From the NCBI GenBank assembly GCA_951406725.2, contig OX597816.1:91636001-91700000 (forward strand): a stretch of 64,000 nucleotides of DNA, read 5' to 3'. The DNA is from Octopus vulgaris. Its lineage: Eukaryota. A program made the translations under genes and the position numbers. The notes under the pieces were generated by a model. That model searched no databases. It had not been told where the DNA came from and was given only the letters and a program-made list of their open reading frames with translations. Shown here one piece after another: positions 49,278-62,701 of this stretch (its first letter is position 1; every line of letters begins with the position of its first letter).

Positions 49278-50030
49278 ACTTCTTAATCTCACAGACATAG
49301 GCTGGAACAAAAGTTTGGTGTTTTTTTTACCTGGAGATATTAAACAGAATTAATTAAAGAATTATCTGTTTATATTGTTTAGTGATACTTTCATATGTGT
49401 ATTTCTTTTATTACTTCTACTTGTTTCAGTCATTAGAGGAATTTTAGTCAAACTAAGCAATCACAGTATTTTTTTTTTTTTCAAGCCTGGTACTTATTCT
49501 ATTGGTCTCTTTTGCTGATCTGCTAAGTTACATACCAAAACTGGTTGTCAATTGGTGATGGGGAAACAAACACAGACACACAGATACATACACACATAGA
49601 TATACACACACATAGATACACACACACACACACACATATACAACAGGCTTCTTTCAGTTCCCATCAACCAAATCCACTCACAAGGCTTTGGTTGACTTGA
49701 GGCTATAATAGAAGACATTTGCCCAAGGTGCATTGCAGTGGGATTGAACCTGGGACCACGTAGTTGGGAAGCAAACTTCTTATACAGCCATGTCTGCACC
49801 CATAAATATCACATATTTTTCTTTCAGCTTATAGAAAATTTATTGCAACACAAGCCCATGCTGAAGCTAATTAGAGAGCATATCAAATATGTTTTGCTAT
49901 GAGTTTCATAGAGATGCTGATGGTAGTGTTGCAGCAAAATCCATTCTGAACATTTACAGTCCTAATGTTTTTAAGTGAAAAATCATTTAGGAAATGGTTT
50001 TCTCACTTCAAATATAGTGATTTTAGCTTC
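49278..50030 (+). pseudogene. Mariner-type transposon 5' remnant (TIR-like start and N-terminal HTH), interrupted by a SINE at 49410-49795
   Basis: TAGGCTGGAACAAAAGTT start. 49858-50030 reads IREHIKYVLL-EFHRDADGSVAAKSILNIY..FRKWFSHFK, like the mariner HIRH.LLYEF...AA..I..VY...WF..FK motif. Confidence 0.6.
49410..49795 (-). mobile_element. SINE type B
   Basis: CTTGTTTCAGTCATT tail, CAAATCCACTCACAAGGCTTTGG and GCAGTGGGATTGAACC. Confidence 0.8.
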
Positions 50031-50089
50031 TTACATGGTTAATTTATATGTTATATGTTTTAGCTTATTACATGGTTAATTTATATGTT

Positions 50090-50580
50090 AAAACCCTAGA
50101 AAATTTTAATATTGGTACTTTCCATGACTTTTTGTGGTTCAACTCACAAATAAAACCATTTTTCCGACATAGTTCCAGATGGATGATCCTGGCCATGTTA
50201 TCATGTCTGAGCTTATATTCAGTTTGTGCTATTTCATAGACGACTGCCTCATCCATTTCAGTGCACAGTCTACACTTTTCTAAAATATCCTGCTTGTCAA
50301 TTTTTTTCTTTGTCCAATTTATGATAAAGCTTGATCCTGACTATAAATATCATTCCTGTTTCTTTCTTCAAAAGTACTTTGTAACCACTTTTAAGTCTCA
50401 ATACTTTCACATCCTTATATCCTTTATTAGTATTGAATTTTTTTATAACCTCTTTAGAGGTCAACTCCATTCCACTTCTCGCTCCTACCTACTCTCATTT
50501 CAATGTCAGATGACCACACTTCTCCACTATGAATTCCATCATTATATTTGCACTAAAAATTCTTGAATCTGATAATTTAT
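50090..50580 (-). mobile_element. Fragment of an R4/Dong-like (restriction-like endonuclease) non-LTR element
   Basis: ORF 50068-50256 reads AQTEYKLRHDNMARIIHLELC, the RHD motif that follows the CCHC knuckle of R4-type elements. Confidence 0.65.
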
Positions 50581-50689
50581 ATTGAATTAATAGCTCTTGT
50601 TAGTATCAATGTTGTTCCTTTCATATCTTTATCCATTCACCATATTATATAAATACATTTATTTTCTAACCATTATTAAAAAATACTTA

Positions 50690-50848
50690 GGCATGGGTGT
50701 ATGGTTCAGAAGCTTGCTTGCCAACCATAAAGTCTTGGGTTCAGTTCAGCTGCATGGCACTTTGGACAAGTGTCTTTCACTATAGCCTCTGATTGACCAA
50801 AGCCTTGTGAGTGGATTTGATAGATGGAAACTGAAAGGAGCCCATTGT
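50690..50848 (+). mobile_element. SINE type B head, truncated at the internal TA tract
   Basis: GGCATGGGTGTATGGTTCAGAAGC..GGGTTCAGTTC..AAAGCCTTGTGAGTGGATTTG. Confidence 0.8.
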
Positions 50849-50850
50849 AA

Positions 50851-50884
<34 letters not shown>

Positions 50885-50927
50885 GAACGGCAACGAGAAT
50901 ACAGATTTTGTTGAATTTTCTGCTCTT

Positions 50928-50981
<54 letters not shown>

Positions 50982-50983
<2 letters not shown>

Positions 50984-53900
50984 ATGCTTGAATGGTGCTT
51001 TTTATGTGTCAGTCAGGCAGCACTGACATCAGCCATGCTCGAATTGTGCTTTTTATTTGCCACCAGCACAGGAGCCAGACAGGCAGCACTAGCATCAGCC
51101 ATGCTCAAATGTTGCTTTTTATGTACCACTGGTACAGTCAGGCAACACTGGCATCGGCCACAAATATGATTTCACTTGGTTCAACAGGTCTTCACAAGCA
51201 TGGCATATTGCCTGATAATTGAAGGATACTTTTAAATGGGCCAGTTATGCGACACTGGTACCGGCCACGGTTATGATCTCACTTTTGGCAGGTCTTCTCA
51301 AGCACAGCATATCTCTGAAGGTCTCCGTCGCTTGTCATTGCCTCTGTAAGGCCCAGTGTTCAAAGGTCATGCTTCACCACCTCATCCCATATCTTCTTGG
51401 GTCTACTTCTTCCACAGGTTTCCCTCACTGTTAGGGTGTAATACTTCTTCACACAGCTGTCCTCACCCATGCGCAGCATATGACCACACCAGTGCAATCA
51501 TCTCTCTTGCACACATCAGCTGATGCTTCTTATGTCCAACTTTTCTCTCAGGGCACTTACACTCTAACATGTATGCACACTGACATTACACATCCAGCAA
51601 AGCATACTAGCTTCATTTCTTTCAAGCCTACACATGTCTTCAGCAGTTACAGCACAAGTTTCACTGCCATATAGCATGACTGTTCACACACAGGCCTCAT
51701 ACAGTCTACCTTTCATTCTGAGTGAGAGACCCTTTGTTACCAGCAGAAGTAGGAGCTCTCTGAACTTTGCCCAAGCTATTCTTATTCTAACAGCTATGCT
51801 CTCAGAGCATCCACCCCTGCTTCTGACTTGGTCACCTAAGTAGTGGAGGCTATCAACTACTTTTAATTTTTCTCCCTGGCATGTGATGGAATCTGTTTTC
51901 TGTACATCTTCAGTGTTTATTGCACCTCAGCATCTGCCACACACAAAAACTATCTTCCCAGTTAACCTTCCTTTGATATTGCTGCATCTTTTATGTGTCC
52001 ATAACTTACATCAGGTACATATTATAGAGTTTCTACCTATGCCTTTTCTATGGATTGAGCAGGGTCATCTACCTGAAAGAATTTGTGATTTGTCTGCCTG
52101 CCTACTTACTAAGACTTTGGTTTTTGCTAGGTTGACTCTAACGCTTTTTGATTCTAGACCTTGTTTCCACACCTGAAACTTCTCTCATTCTGGTAGTGAC
52201 TCAGTTATTAGAACAAGGTCATCATCACAGAGAGCTCCCAGGGGCAGCGTATCTTAAACTCTTCTGTTATTGCCTGGAGGACTATGATGAACGAGAGGGG
52301 GCCGAGGACAGATCCTTGGTGAACCCCTACTTTTACCTGGAATTCTTCACTATACTCATTCCCAAACCTCACCTTGCATGGCTTGTACAGCTCTCACCAA
52401 CCACTTATCTATCCCTAGTTACTGCATTGACCACCAATTAAGGGATCAGGGGACCCTGTCAAAGGTTTTCTCCTAGTTAACAAAAGCCAAGTACAAAGGT
52501 TTATCTTTGGCTTGGAATTTCTCCTACAGCTGTCTTACCAGAAATATAGCATCACTGATTCTTCTCCCTGGCACAAAACCAAACTGCATCTTATCTAAAG
52601 TAACTCTCTTCCAAATTAGTAGGGCTATGACCTTCTCCATGACTTTCATCACCTTATCCAACAATTTGATACTGCTGTATTTATTTCTATCTAAGGTGTC
52701 CCCTTTACCTTTGTAGCAGTTGGCTATGGTGCTGTTACACCAGTCATTGGGTATAACTCCTTTGTGTATTACCTGGTTGACTATATGGGTGACTAGACTA
52801 TAGCCTACACTGCCAGATATTTTAAGCATCTCAGCAGTAATTTCTGATGGGCCAAGAGCTTTCCCTGTCTTCAGACCCTTAATTGCTTTATCTACCAAGA
52901 TATTGTCAATTCGAATAGTTGGTTCCTCTGTTGGGTTGATATTTGACAGACTCTCATTCTCCCATTCATTCTCTTCATTTAGCAACCTTTCATAGTCGCA
53001 TCTCCAAGCCTCTCTCTTTGCAGCATCATTAAATGCAAGTTAGCCATCATCCATGTGGACACATTTCTCTTCTATGACATCACAATTTTCTTTCGCACAC
53101 TGTCTTGCAATTCGAAGCACTTCTAGTCTCTAGTCCTTACAATGCAGAAAATTGGCAAATTTTTTTTTACCTGCTTCCCCTCTGGCTAAGTAAACCTATC
53201 TGTTAGCTTCCCTTCAGATGATCTGATATAGTTCCCTGCTACCGCCACACTTCCAGTCCTTCTATGCCTGCTTTTGTTTTTCCATAATGTCCCTGTCAAT
53301 TACATTGTTCCACCACCATGTTACCTTAGGTTGAGAGGGGACTTTGCACCAGCCACAGATCTGCTCAGTAGCCCTCAACAGGTAGTCCTGTAAGAACATC
53401 CAGTTGTCCTCTACATTATGGGATGCTATATCCTCCTCTTTTTCGTCAAAAGCTTCAAGTAATATGTCTCTAAATCTCTGTCCATTCAGAGGATCCTTAA
53501 GCTTCCAGACTCTTCTTCTCCATACCGGTCATCTTCTGGGCAGTTGCTAACTACTAACCTATGTTGTGGAGTGCATTCTTCACCTGGGAAAGTTTTGGCA
53601 TTTATAAGTAACCATCTTTCTCGTTTCCTGGTGAGAATGTAGTCAATCTGACTAATGTACTCACCAGACTGGTAGGTGAACAGGTGACTGGCAGGTTTCC
53701 TGAAGTTAGTATTACAGATCATAAGATCATTTGTATGACAGAACTCTAACAGCCTGGTTCCCTCCTCATAGCAAGAACCAAATCCATTGCCACCATGTAC
53801 TCCATGAAAGTTCCCTGGATGTTGTACAATATATCCTTTGAAGTTGCCAGCCACAAAGAGAAAGTGCCTGTCATTTGTTGACGAGGTAGTCCGCAAGATG

Positions 53901-54115
53901 GTGTCATAAAATCGGTCTTTCTGTTCATCAGGTAGCACTGGCTGAAGAACATAGGCTGAGATAATGGTTGCTAATCCATATTGCAGCACTAGTCTAAGCT
54001 TAAGTATTCTATCCCAGATTCTGACTACCTCAGTTACCTTATCAGCCCATTTCCCCACAAGGAGTATACCCACGCCCCCAAACCCATCAGTGTCCCCTAT
54101 CCAGAAAATCTTATA
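50982..54115 (-). mobile_element. Mutated RTE-clade LINE (APE + RT + PHD), lacking its extreme 5' end and terminal tail
   Basis: ORFs 53486-54073 (IISAYV.., AGNF.., QIDYIL, QHRLV) and 52524-52985 (KGKGD..QFGFVPGR). The 3' UTR repeats end abruptly at (TA)n. Confidence 0.93.
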
Positions 54116-54243
54116 CCTATGTTCTTTGCTTTATATATTATAAATATATATATAAATATATCCAGAAAATCTTATACCTATGTTCTTTGCTTTATATATC
54201 ATAAATATATACCTATGTTCTTTGCCTTGTATATACATATATA

Positions 54244-54657
54244 TCTTTTATCTTTTATCATTTACTTGTTTCAGTCATCAGACTGCAGCCATGCTGGGGC
54301 ACTGCCTTGAAGAATTTTTAGTCGAATGAATTGACCCCAGTACATTTTTATTTTTTCTAAGCCTGGTACTTATTCTGTGAATCTTTCTTGCTGAACCACT
54401 AAGTTACAGGGACATAAACACACTAATACCAGTTGTTAAGCAGTGGTGGCAGGACAACACAGACACAAAGACACAAACACATAAATATGTATATACATAT
54501 ATACAATGGGCTTCTTTCAGTTTCCATCTACTAAATCCACTCACACGGCTTTGGTTGGCCTGAGATTATAGTTGAAGATACTTGCCCAAAGTGTCAGTGA
54601 AACTGAACCCAAAACCTTATGGTTGGGAAGCAAGCTTCTTACCACACAGCCATGCCT
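54244..54657 (-). mobile_element. Full-length SINE type B
   Basis: Collinear with 47148-47556. Confidence 0.88.
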
Positions 54658-55069
54658 GTGTATGTATATGTATGTGTGCAAGTATGTGTCATGCTTGTTT
54701 ACAAAAATTGTGATCTACAAGCACTTTGTTGTCACTTTTCCAGTCAACAAATTGTTTACTTTGCACTTTTTAACACATGCAAAATATAAGATCCAATACT
54801 AAAGAAATGGATAAGTTTTAATAACAGTAAGGCATCCAATGCTACCACAGAAAAAAATGGGCATAAAATGAATGAAAATATATATACATTATGTATTTAG
54901 AATATAATGCAGAAAGCATAAATTTCACACACACACATGTGCAAACACACATGTACATGCATACACACATGCACACACACACACTCTCCCTCTCTCCCTC
55001 CCTCTCTCTCTCTCACACACACATACGCACACACACACACATGTGTGCGCGCACATACACTCAGACACA

Positions 55070-55630
55070 TAACTATGAGGTTAAGAAATTTGCTTTACTA
55101 CCCTGTGATTCCAGATTTAATTCTATTGAGCACCAATTGGACAAGTGCCTAGCACCATAGCCTTGAATTGACCAATTCCTTGTGAGTGTTATTCAGAGGA
55201 TGAAAACTGTGTAAAAAAGAACAATATATGTATGTGCATGTGTTTATACACACACAGACACACACACACATATATATATATGTGTGTGTGTGTGTGTGTA
55301 TACACACACATATATGTGTATGTATATATGTATGCAAGTATATGTGTATATGCATGTATGTATACCATATGTTTCCCCATTTTTAGAATAGACACACCTT
55401 ATCTGTACATGTCAGGTGGCTAAAAAGGGTTGACATCAAGAAAGGTATTTGGCAACAAAGCACTGTCTTAAAATGTCCCATCCAACCCATGAAAGCATGG
55501 AAAATCAGATAGAAGAACAACAATGATGATGATGATAATGACAATGACAATGATTATGACGACAATGGCAATGATGATGATGATGATGGTGGTGGTGGTA
55601 GTGGTGATGATGATGATGATAATGATGAAT
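55070..55630 (+). mobile_element. Degenerate RTE-tailed SINE with expanded internal CA/TA tract and ~110-bp (GAT/GAC/GGT)n tail
   Basis: Head remnants at 55070-55210, CCAACCCATGAAAGCATGGAAAA at ~55482, and a trinucleotide run at 55520-55628. Confidence 0.6.
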
Positions 55631-56019
55631 TGTGTATGTGGCATATCTATGAATATTATGTTGCATCACTTTACTTCCAATAGTAGTTAAAAAAAAATAG
55701 AGATCAATAAATTAAACATTGGGGTCATTATATATAAAAGTTATAGTTTTCTATGACTGCCAAATATTTTATATCTTTTTCTCTATTTGTGCAGAGAGCA
55801 TGTACTCTGATATAATTTTACTAAGCTTTAACATTTTCATCTATTTACTTATACTTGAAGCTTATTCTTCATTTTGCTTACTCATTTTGAGCTTTGTCTA
55901 TACTTCTGATAAAAATATATAAAAAAAAATATAAAAATTTTCTTGTACTGTCAAGAGCTGAGGTTCCAAGAACTGAGATCAAGATTGGTGCTAGAATATC
56001 CACTACCATAGGTTAGTTC

Positions 56020-56192
56020 AACAATGCACACCTGTTCCTCCCAGGCTTACAATGTATACATCTTGCTCCAAGTCCTACAATATGCACCTCTTTTTCCCAG
56101 CCTATAATGTGTTCCCCCTTTCTCCCAGCCCTACAACATGTATCTTCCTCTCCCAGCTCAATAATATGCACCCCCTTATCCAAGCCTTACAC
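56020..56192. repeat. Degenerate ~28-bp minisatellite, about 6 units
   Basis: Consensus approximately ACAATATGCACCTCTTTCTCCCAGCCCT. Confidence 0.75.
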
Positions 56193-56476
56193 ACTCCTTT
56201 TTAATAGTTTATTTCTCCAATTTCTTCTAACATCCTTTTTACAGAAACTGAAAAACACTGTTGAATATTTATAATTAACTTGAGTATAAGAAGTCTATAG
56301 TATTATTATCATACACTGAATTAATCTATTATTTGTCAAAAATTTTAAATATTTCACATCAAATCCTGTATTATGATCTCATAATACCACATGGCCCTTT
56401 CATCTTCCCCAACCCATCCTATTCAGAAAGTGACCTTCCCTGCTTTCTTTGTTTCTGAGATTCCATGCTTTAGGGG

Positions 56477-56755
56477 CAGTGGTTCTCAACCATTTTTTGC
56501 TGGTGGATCCCTTTGATTCCTATTTTACTGTACTGGACCTCAATAGCCCTCTCAATGTATTCTTTTACTTTCTTGTTTCAGTCATTTGACTGTGGCCATG
56601 CTGGAGCACCACCTTGTATTTTCATGATTAAATATCATTAAGAATTGTATAAAAAAACATTTTTAATATTTTGTGTATTGTATAAGCAATTTATTGCACA
56701 TCAAAATCTTATTTGAACCTCCAAACGTCATATGGACCCCAGTCGAGAACCACTA
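56477..56755. mobile_element. hAT (Charlie-like) MITE with 8-bp TSD, carrying a SINE-tail insertion
   Basis: TIR CAGTGGTTCTCAAC / GTCGAGAACCACTA with CTTTAGGG on both sides. SINE B tail at 56562-56614 flanked by TGTATT. Confidence 0.8.
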
Positions 56756-58384
56756 CTTTAGGGTAAACATTTGTGTGTTGAGGGTGCTGATGTACTGTCT
56801 CTGAACGATAGGTCAGTGTCTTACCAAGAGATGAAGTAACTCTGTAGGTGTTTTGGTGCCTTCCACTGTGGCACCAGAGCTACACTAAGTTATCCACCAA
56901 TGAAGGTGAGAAAACTCCCACACAACATCACAAGCTGAGATTTCATGTATTTAAATGGATTAAATTTTGTTCAAATTGTTCAAAGTTTGTGCAGTGCCTC
57001 CAGATATTAGTACCCTAAACAATCATCTAATTTTCCTAGCATGTAGTGTTAGTCCTATTTGAGATCAAATCTTTGCTGGATACTCAACTATATGTCAAAT
57101 CTAATATGAATTCAGTTGATCATATTTGCCAACTACAACTTCTCTTCTAATCTCACCATGTAAAGTCGAATATAAATCCAACTTTCTATTGATAATGATA
57201 TTTGTAAGGTAAAATAATTTTGTATGCTCTGAGGTAATATTAATTCTGACATTTCAAACACAAACCTCTTCTATGGCCAAGAAAGGAAGAAGCCTGCTTC
57301 ATATGTCAAAAGTAACTCCTAATGGTTCACAAACCTGTTTTATTCTACGAAGTCTATCATCTTTTCTCTCTTTTCTGACGTCATTACTTCTCTCAAAGTC
57401 TACATTTTTGTTATGTTTTTGTTATTGACATATTGACACATCCACAAACCTTTATCAATATATTGGTGAATTTTTATTTATTTACTTTTTTTGTGACACA
57501 TCTGATACATACTGCAAACATAGTGATCTTAGATTAATCTTTTCTAAATATAGATAGACTCAACTTCTACACTTCTCTATTCCTGTCAGTCACTTTTCTC
57601 CTTCATTCTTTATCTAATTATTTATCTCTAGCTATCCATCAGTCTTCTTACATGTGTATTTACTTAAAAGTCAAAATTGTATATCAATATATCTGTAAAT
57701 TTTTCAGTATGTATATTCAATCACACTGACGCACACAGATATACATGAACACACACACACACACACACACACACTGATGTCTCTGTGTGTAAGTGTAAAC
57801 ACGTTATAAACTCACTGTAAACATGGACAGTTTGAAGTATTTTTTTTTTATACATTAGTTAACCCTAGAAGGCAAAGCTGTGCTTATTGACATAGGATAG
57901 GATAACTCAATGAAAATTATGCTGTTACTATTTAGAATTCTTGTAAGCGCAAGGCTGAAAAGCATGCCAGAAGAATGCAATTATGGGGAAGAAGAGTTAA
58001 GTTAAATTGTTCAGAATGTGTCAAAAAAGGAATTGATACGCAAGCAGTGCGAGTAAGGACATGAAGTCAATGTCTTGTAAAAGTCAACAGCCTATTTTTT
58101 TGCCAAAAAATCTGGATTTTTCTGTATGTCTCATGTACAAGTTAATCCTAGTTCTTCACAGATAACAGATTAATATATGCAAGTTAAAAAATTATACCAT
58201 GTATGATATATATTATATGGAAATGAATTATTCTATGTTAAGGTATCATCAGTATGCATTTTGATGTACAATTTATCCAAACATTAGTTTACAGATTTCT
58301 TAAAGTTCATTACTGAACAATGGAATACAGTTGTATTGTTGTGGTTTTAAAATTTCACTGTAATTTTGTGTTAAAATCTTCTCC

Positions 58385-59280
58385 AGTGGAAAAAAAATAC
58401 AACAGCTTTGAAACAAGATGTAATTGAAGTTACTGAGAAGACAAATAACTGTATTGTATGCATCAACAGAATTCTGTGTTTCAGAGAAACAAATGAAAAG
58501 CTAGAGAAAAATATCAAATATAGTTTAGACAATGTTTAAAGGGAAATGTGCTCACAGCAGTAAACCAAACTGGTGTTTACAATTGATGAAAAATGTTGCA
58601 GAGTGGGTGCTTAAAAATTCTCAAAATAGGAACTGTGTTATTCATGGTCTCTTCTAAATCCAAGTACAAAAGGAAGCAACAAAAGATGGAAGTTTGGATT
58701 TTAAAGTAAGTGATGGATGGTGCACCAGGTTCATGAATTGGTATGATTTACTAATTTGGAAGAGAACTAAGATTGCACAAAAGCTATCTGCTGGTATAGA
58801 TGATTAAATATTAGCTTTAGTTTCACCAATTTGTAATCAGAAATCAACAGAAGAAAAGCTACAAGCTATCATATAAAGGAACATAGAGGAAATGCCTATT
58901 ACTCTTGACATATCAGAGAATTGAGCCATGAACCAAAAAGGAGGGAAAAAAACAGTATTACTGAGAACTACTGGCCATGAGAAAAGTAGGACTACTTTCG
59001 TTCATTCTTGTATGGTTGATAGTACTATGTTAAAATTAACAGTTGTTAATAGAAAAATTCTGCTAAAGGAGAAATTTTCAAAAGGAATTGTCATCTATAT
59101 ACATTCACAAAAGTAGATGGATGAGAATGGATGGAAAAAGAGATAGAGAAAGTTTGGAATTCACAATTTGGTAGATTATGAAAGGAAAAAGTGTTTGCTT
59201 TTCTGGGACCTGTTTAGGCCATATCTAGTGAAGAATACTATTGATAATGTCTGATCACAAAACACTGATATGGTGTTGTG
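58385..59280 (+). pseudogene. Decayed pogo/Tigger-family DDE transposase
   Basis: FKVSDGWCTRFMNWYDLLIWKRTKIAQKL (CENP-B-type HTH), NIEEMP (for NMDETP), KTVLLRTTGHEK, MDE, FWDLFRPY and NTDMV, with stops and frameshifts. Confidence 0.85.
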
Positions 59281-60149
59281 TTTTTACATATTTTTATCAA
59301 TATTGGTATTTAAAGCCTTAAGCTGCATTGAATTAATTAGGGAAAAAATAAAGCACTGAGAAACAGTACCTCTGATCAATGTGATTTTAACCACAAATAC
59401 GAAAATAATATAGTCATAGAGTTATGATGTATAAAACACTGACCAGGTAACATTAAAACATACCAACAACTGAACAGGTATCAGCTATCTGTATATTATT
59501 ACAACAAGTTAGTGGTAATATGCAATAATTATGAGACATAAATTGATTTCACTTTGCTAGTCTGTTGAATGTGATTGATAGAGGTAAAAGAGCAAGTGTA
59601 AATATTTATAAGAGTTATGCAGCCTTCTTTATGGTTGCTGTTACTTAGTAGGATGTATGTTTTGGTGCATAAAATTGGAATGATTACTGTATTCAATGTG
59701 AATTTTTTTTTTATTCGTTTAAAGATGGTTTTGGCTTCTGTTACTGATATTGCATTTTGGATTCTAGCATGAATTTAAGTCCCTCAAAAGTAGTATCTAT
59801 GAAATAGCCAGCCCCATTAATTTAACTCTTAAATAAATGGTTTTAAAAAAATTCAACTTTTACGGGAGTATATGCTGTAGCTTTTAATAGAGAGAACACA
59901 CAACAAGCAAGTTCCTGATGAGCCAGTGTAGTATATTGGTAAAGGGCAATGATGTGGCATGGTGTGTGTGTGTGTGTGTTTGTTGATCATAGGGGTGGCC
60001 ACTTTATATATGCATTTACTCCAATTGAAGATATGCACAGACCAATTAAAACCTATACTATGCTACTGGTAGAGTGCACTCAGTGGATAGTTAAGTGAGT
60101 ATTCTAATTATAAATACATGTACCCACCTTCATCTCTGCTCTATTCTCT

Positions 60150-60405
60150 GCCTGTAGAGGTATGTAGATTAGTGGTTGGCATGTTAGACTCATGATCGTA
60201 AAATTGTGGTTTCAATTCCAGGACTGTGCGACATGCGTTTTTGAGTAAAACACTTCGTTTCATGTTGCTCCAGTCCACTCAGCTGGCAAAAAACCTGTGA
60301 TGGACCAGTGTCCCATCCAGATTGGGAATATATATGCCATGAAACCAGGAAACTACAGCTCTTATGAGTTGGTGTGACTCAAGAAGGTAACTTTACCTTA
60401 CCTTT
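60150..60405 (+). mobile_element. tRNA-derived SINE type C (different central domain)
   Basis: TAGTGGTT..GACTCATGATC..GGTTTCAATTCC head, TTGAGTAAAACACTT, CCTGTGATGGACCAGTGTCCCATCCAG body and (TTTACC)-like tail. Confidence 0.65.
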
Positions 60406-60599
60406 TTATTCTCTACCTATCCACCTTTTTGTACCATAGGGGTACACCTTGAAACCTCATCTCTACTGCCCTGTCTTCTTTCATTGCTAGGTACGAATCT
60501 ATTTTCTCTACTGCAAGACACTTGTTCCTGTCCCTTTTTCCTGCTTTAGAGTCTCTACACTTGGCAGCAAAAGAAAACCCTTCTCAGTACAGCACCCAC

Positions 60600-60820
60600 C
60601 ATTCTGTCTTGTGAGTTACTTGCTGACCCTACAAGTGCTAATGCTACGAAAATGGCTGGTATTAGGAAGGGCATCTAGTCATAGAAACATGCCGAAGCAT
60701 ACACTAAAGACCACCACAACCCTCAGGCTAGTCAGATCCTGTCAAACTGTTCCACTCAATCCAGCATGGAACAAGGACATTATATGATGATGATAATGAT
60801 GATGATGATGATGATGATCA
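60600..60820 (+). mobile_element. RTE 3'-end fragment with (GAT)n tail
   Basis: TTAGGAAGGGCATCTAG..CCAGCATGGAACAAGGACATTATA(TGA)n. Confidence 0.75.
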
Positions 60821-61941
60821 CATTGCAGTAATTTGTTTTCAAACAAGTCTCATATAAATCTTTCTATTTCCATCTCAATATTACCTATTTTTTTCTCTCC
60901 TCCTTCCAGTTCTTTACTTATAAATTGAAACTATCTATTGATATATCAATAACACAATCTATGTGACTTTTAGTAAAAAAAAAAAAAGTGTCTCTTCTCC
61001 ACTTTTCTTTGTATTGCCTCCTTGCCATTTAAAAGTATCTCAGTAAAGAAGATAACCATCATTTTACATGAGTAGGAAATAACAAGATGACTAGTTATTT
61101 TTCTCTGGTTGTTTTACTAACAATTAATTCATTTGGTTATACTAAATTACAAAAACCAATTCTTATGTCTTATACAATTATCATAAATTATTTTGTCATT
61201 AATGTATGAGGCACAAAAAAAAACCAAAAAAACTGAGCAAATATTGCAACCGTAGTAAAATGTTGTTCATATTCAGTATCTTAATGAGAAATTATAATGT
61301 GAGAAATATTGATCTGCTTTTGTGTTAGAATTTGATTTAGCAATAAAACCCTAATGAACATGACAAAATATTAATATTTTTCTGTTCACTCTTTGCTGAC
61401 ATTTGTAAGAAAATGTCAGCAATGAGTCTTGAACTATTAATTTCACATAATAATTGAACTCTCTGAAAAAGGTCAAGTCAGAGTAGCAGATGTATGTTAT
61501 TCAGTTATGTCTGTTAAGCATCATAACAAATATAGCTTATGCCACAGCAATTGGTCAACTTTACATCTTTATTTGGATTCCAATGTTTTTCAATAGACAT
61601 TTCAGGATGTGGATTTAGAGTGTTACTATTTTTAACTGGCAAAAACAACCAGCTCACAAACTGTAGCAGTTTCTCAAAAAGAAAAAGAAAAGAGTTTTGA
61701 AGAACATTCATTTGGCAGTGAATTATTAATTATTTTTTATTACATCAATACATTTATAAATGCTGACTGTGTATGAGACAATGTACCTCTTGGAAGCAAA
61801 AATCCATGTTTCATTTGCATGGAAATCCATATTTGACAGACATTTTACTTTATAAAGAACTAGCATAAAAGCCACCCTTAAAAGCTGTGGAGGGCTAATT
61901 GGGCTTGCAGCCCCAAACTAAAGAGAGCTAAACAGCATGAC

Positions 61942-62618
61942 TGTAACATATCTATAATGACTATATACCCTGGTAGTGTTTGATCAGAGATTGAGGAGAG
62001 ATGAGAATTAATTCTGTAATGCAATCATTCTATTGTTCCAGTCCCATGTTGAATTCCAACTTTTGGCCAATTTGTCCCAAAGTTCTTATCTCGAAATAAA
62101 ATTAATGAAGCAAATATCATTTATCTCCCACTTGATCTCTGACATCTTTTTTTTACCTTCATCTGTTTCCCACTGTTGTGGAGCGCATGAAATTAGACTC
62201 CTCATCACCATTGTTATGTCTTGTGAAACCTTCATTGCCACTGTTATATCTTGTATGTGTTTGAAATCTTCGTCAACAGGATTTTTAATATTATTTGTTC
62301 AAATCCTTCTTTAATATTTTTACTGTGTGTAGTTCGAAATCCTTCTTCAACAGGATATTTGATATTTTTCTCAGCGTTGCCACTGTTGTATCTTCACTGC
62401 ATGCATTCGAACATTCCTCATCTCCACTGTTGTGTCTTCACTGCGCGTAGTTCGAATCCTCATTGCCACTGTTATGTCCTGCATTATAACAACATACTTC
62501 ATCATCTGCATGACTGGCCTGAATGATGTACGTCAGCAGCTGACTCCACTCGTATCTGTCCACTAATTATTTGTGGTCAAATAGCCCACTTCTCTCACTC
62601 AGGGTGTCCTCCACAACA
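61942..62618. repeat. Internally repetitive, CpG-retaining segment of unknown origin (possible solo LTR)
   Basis: Recurring CCACTGTT, TCAACAGGAT and GTAGTTCGAA motifs. Begins TGTAAC and ends CAACA next to (TA)n. No TSD seen. Confidence 0.35.
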
Positions 62619-62650
62619 ATATATATATACACACACTCACACACACGTAC

Positions 62651-62683
<33 letters not shown>

Positions 62684-62701
62684 TATATACATACGCACAT
62701 A

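Noticed and set aside
61393-61422. 12-bp perfect hairpin TTGCTGACATTT-GTAAGA-AAATGTCAGCAA
   Set aside because: Too short for a miRNA precursor and isolated, with no other support.
1183-62526. Numerous 60-140 aa ORFs in the track
   Set aside because: They are low-complexity, antisense to TE ORFs or derived from SINEs. None shows a recognisable host protein domain or splice context.
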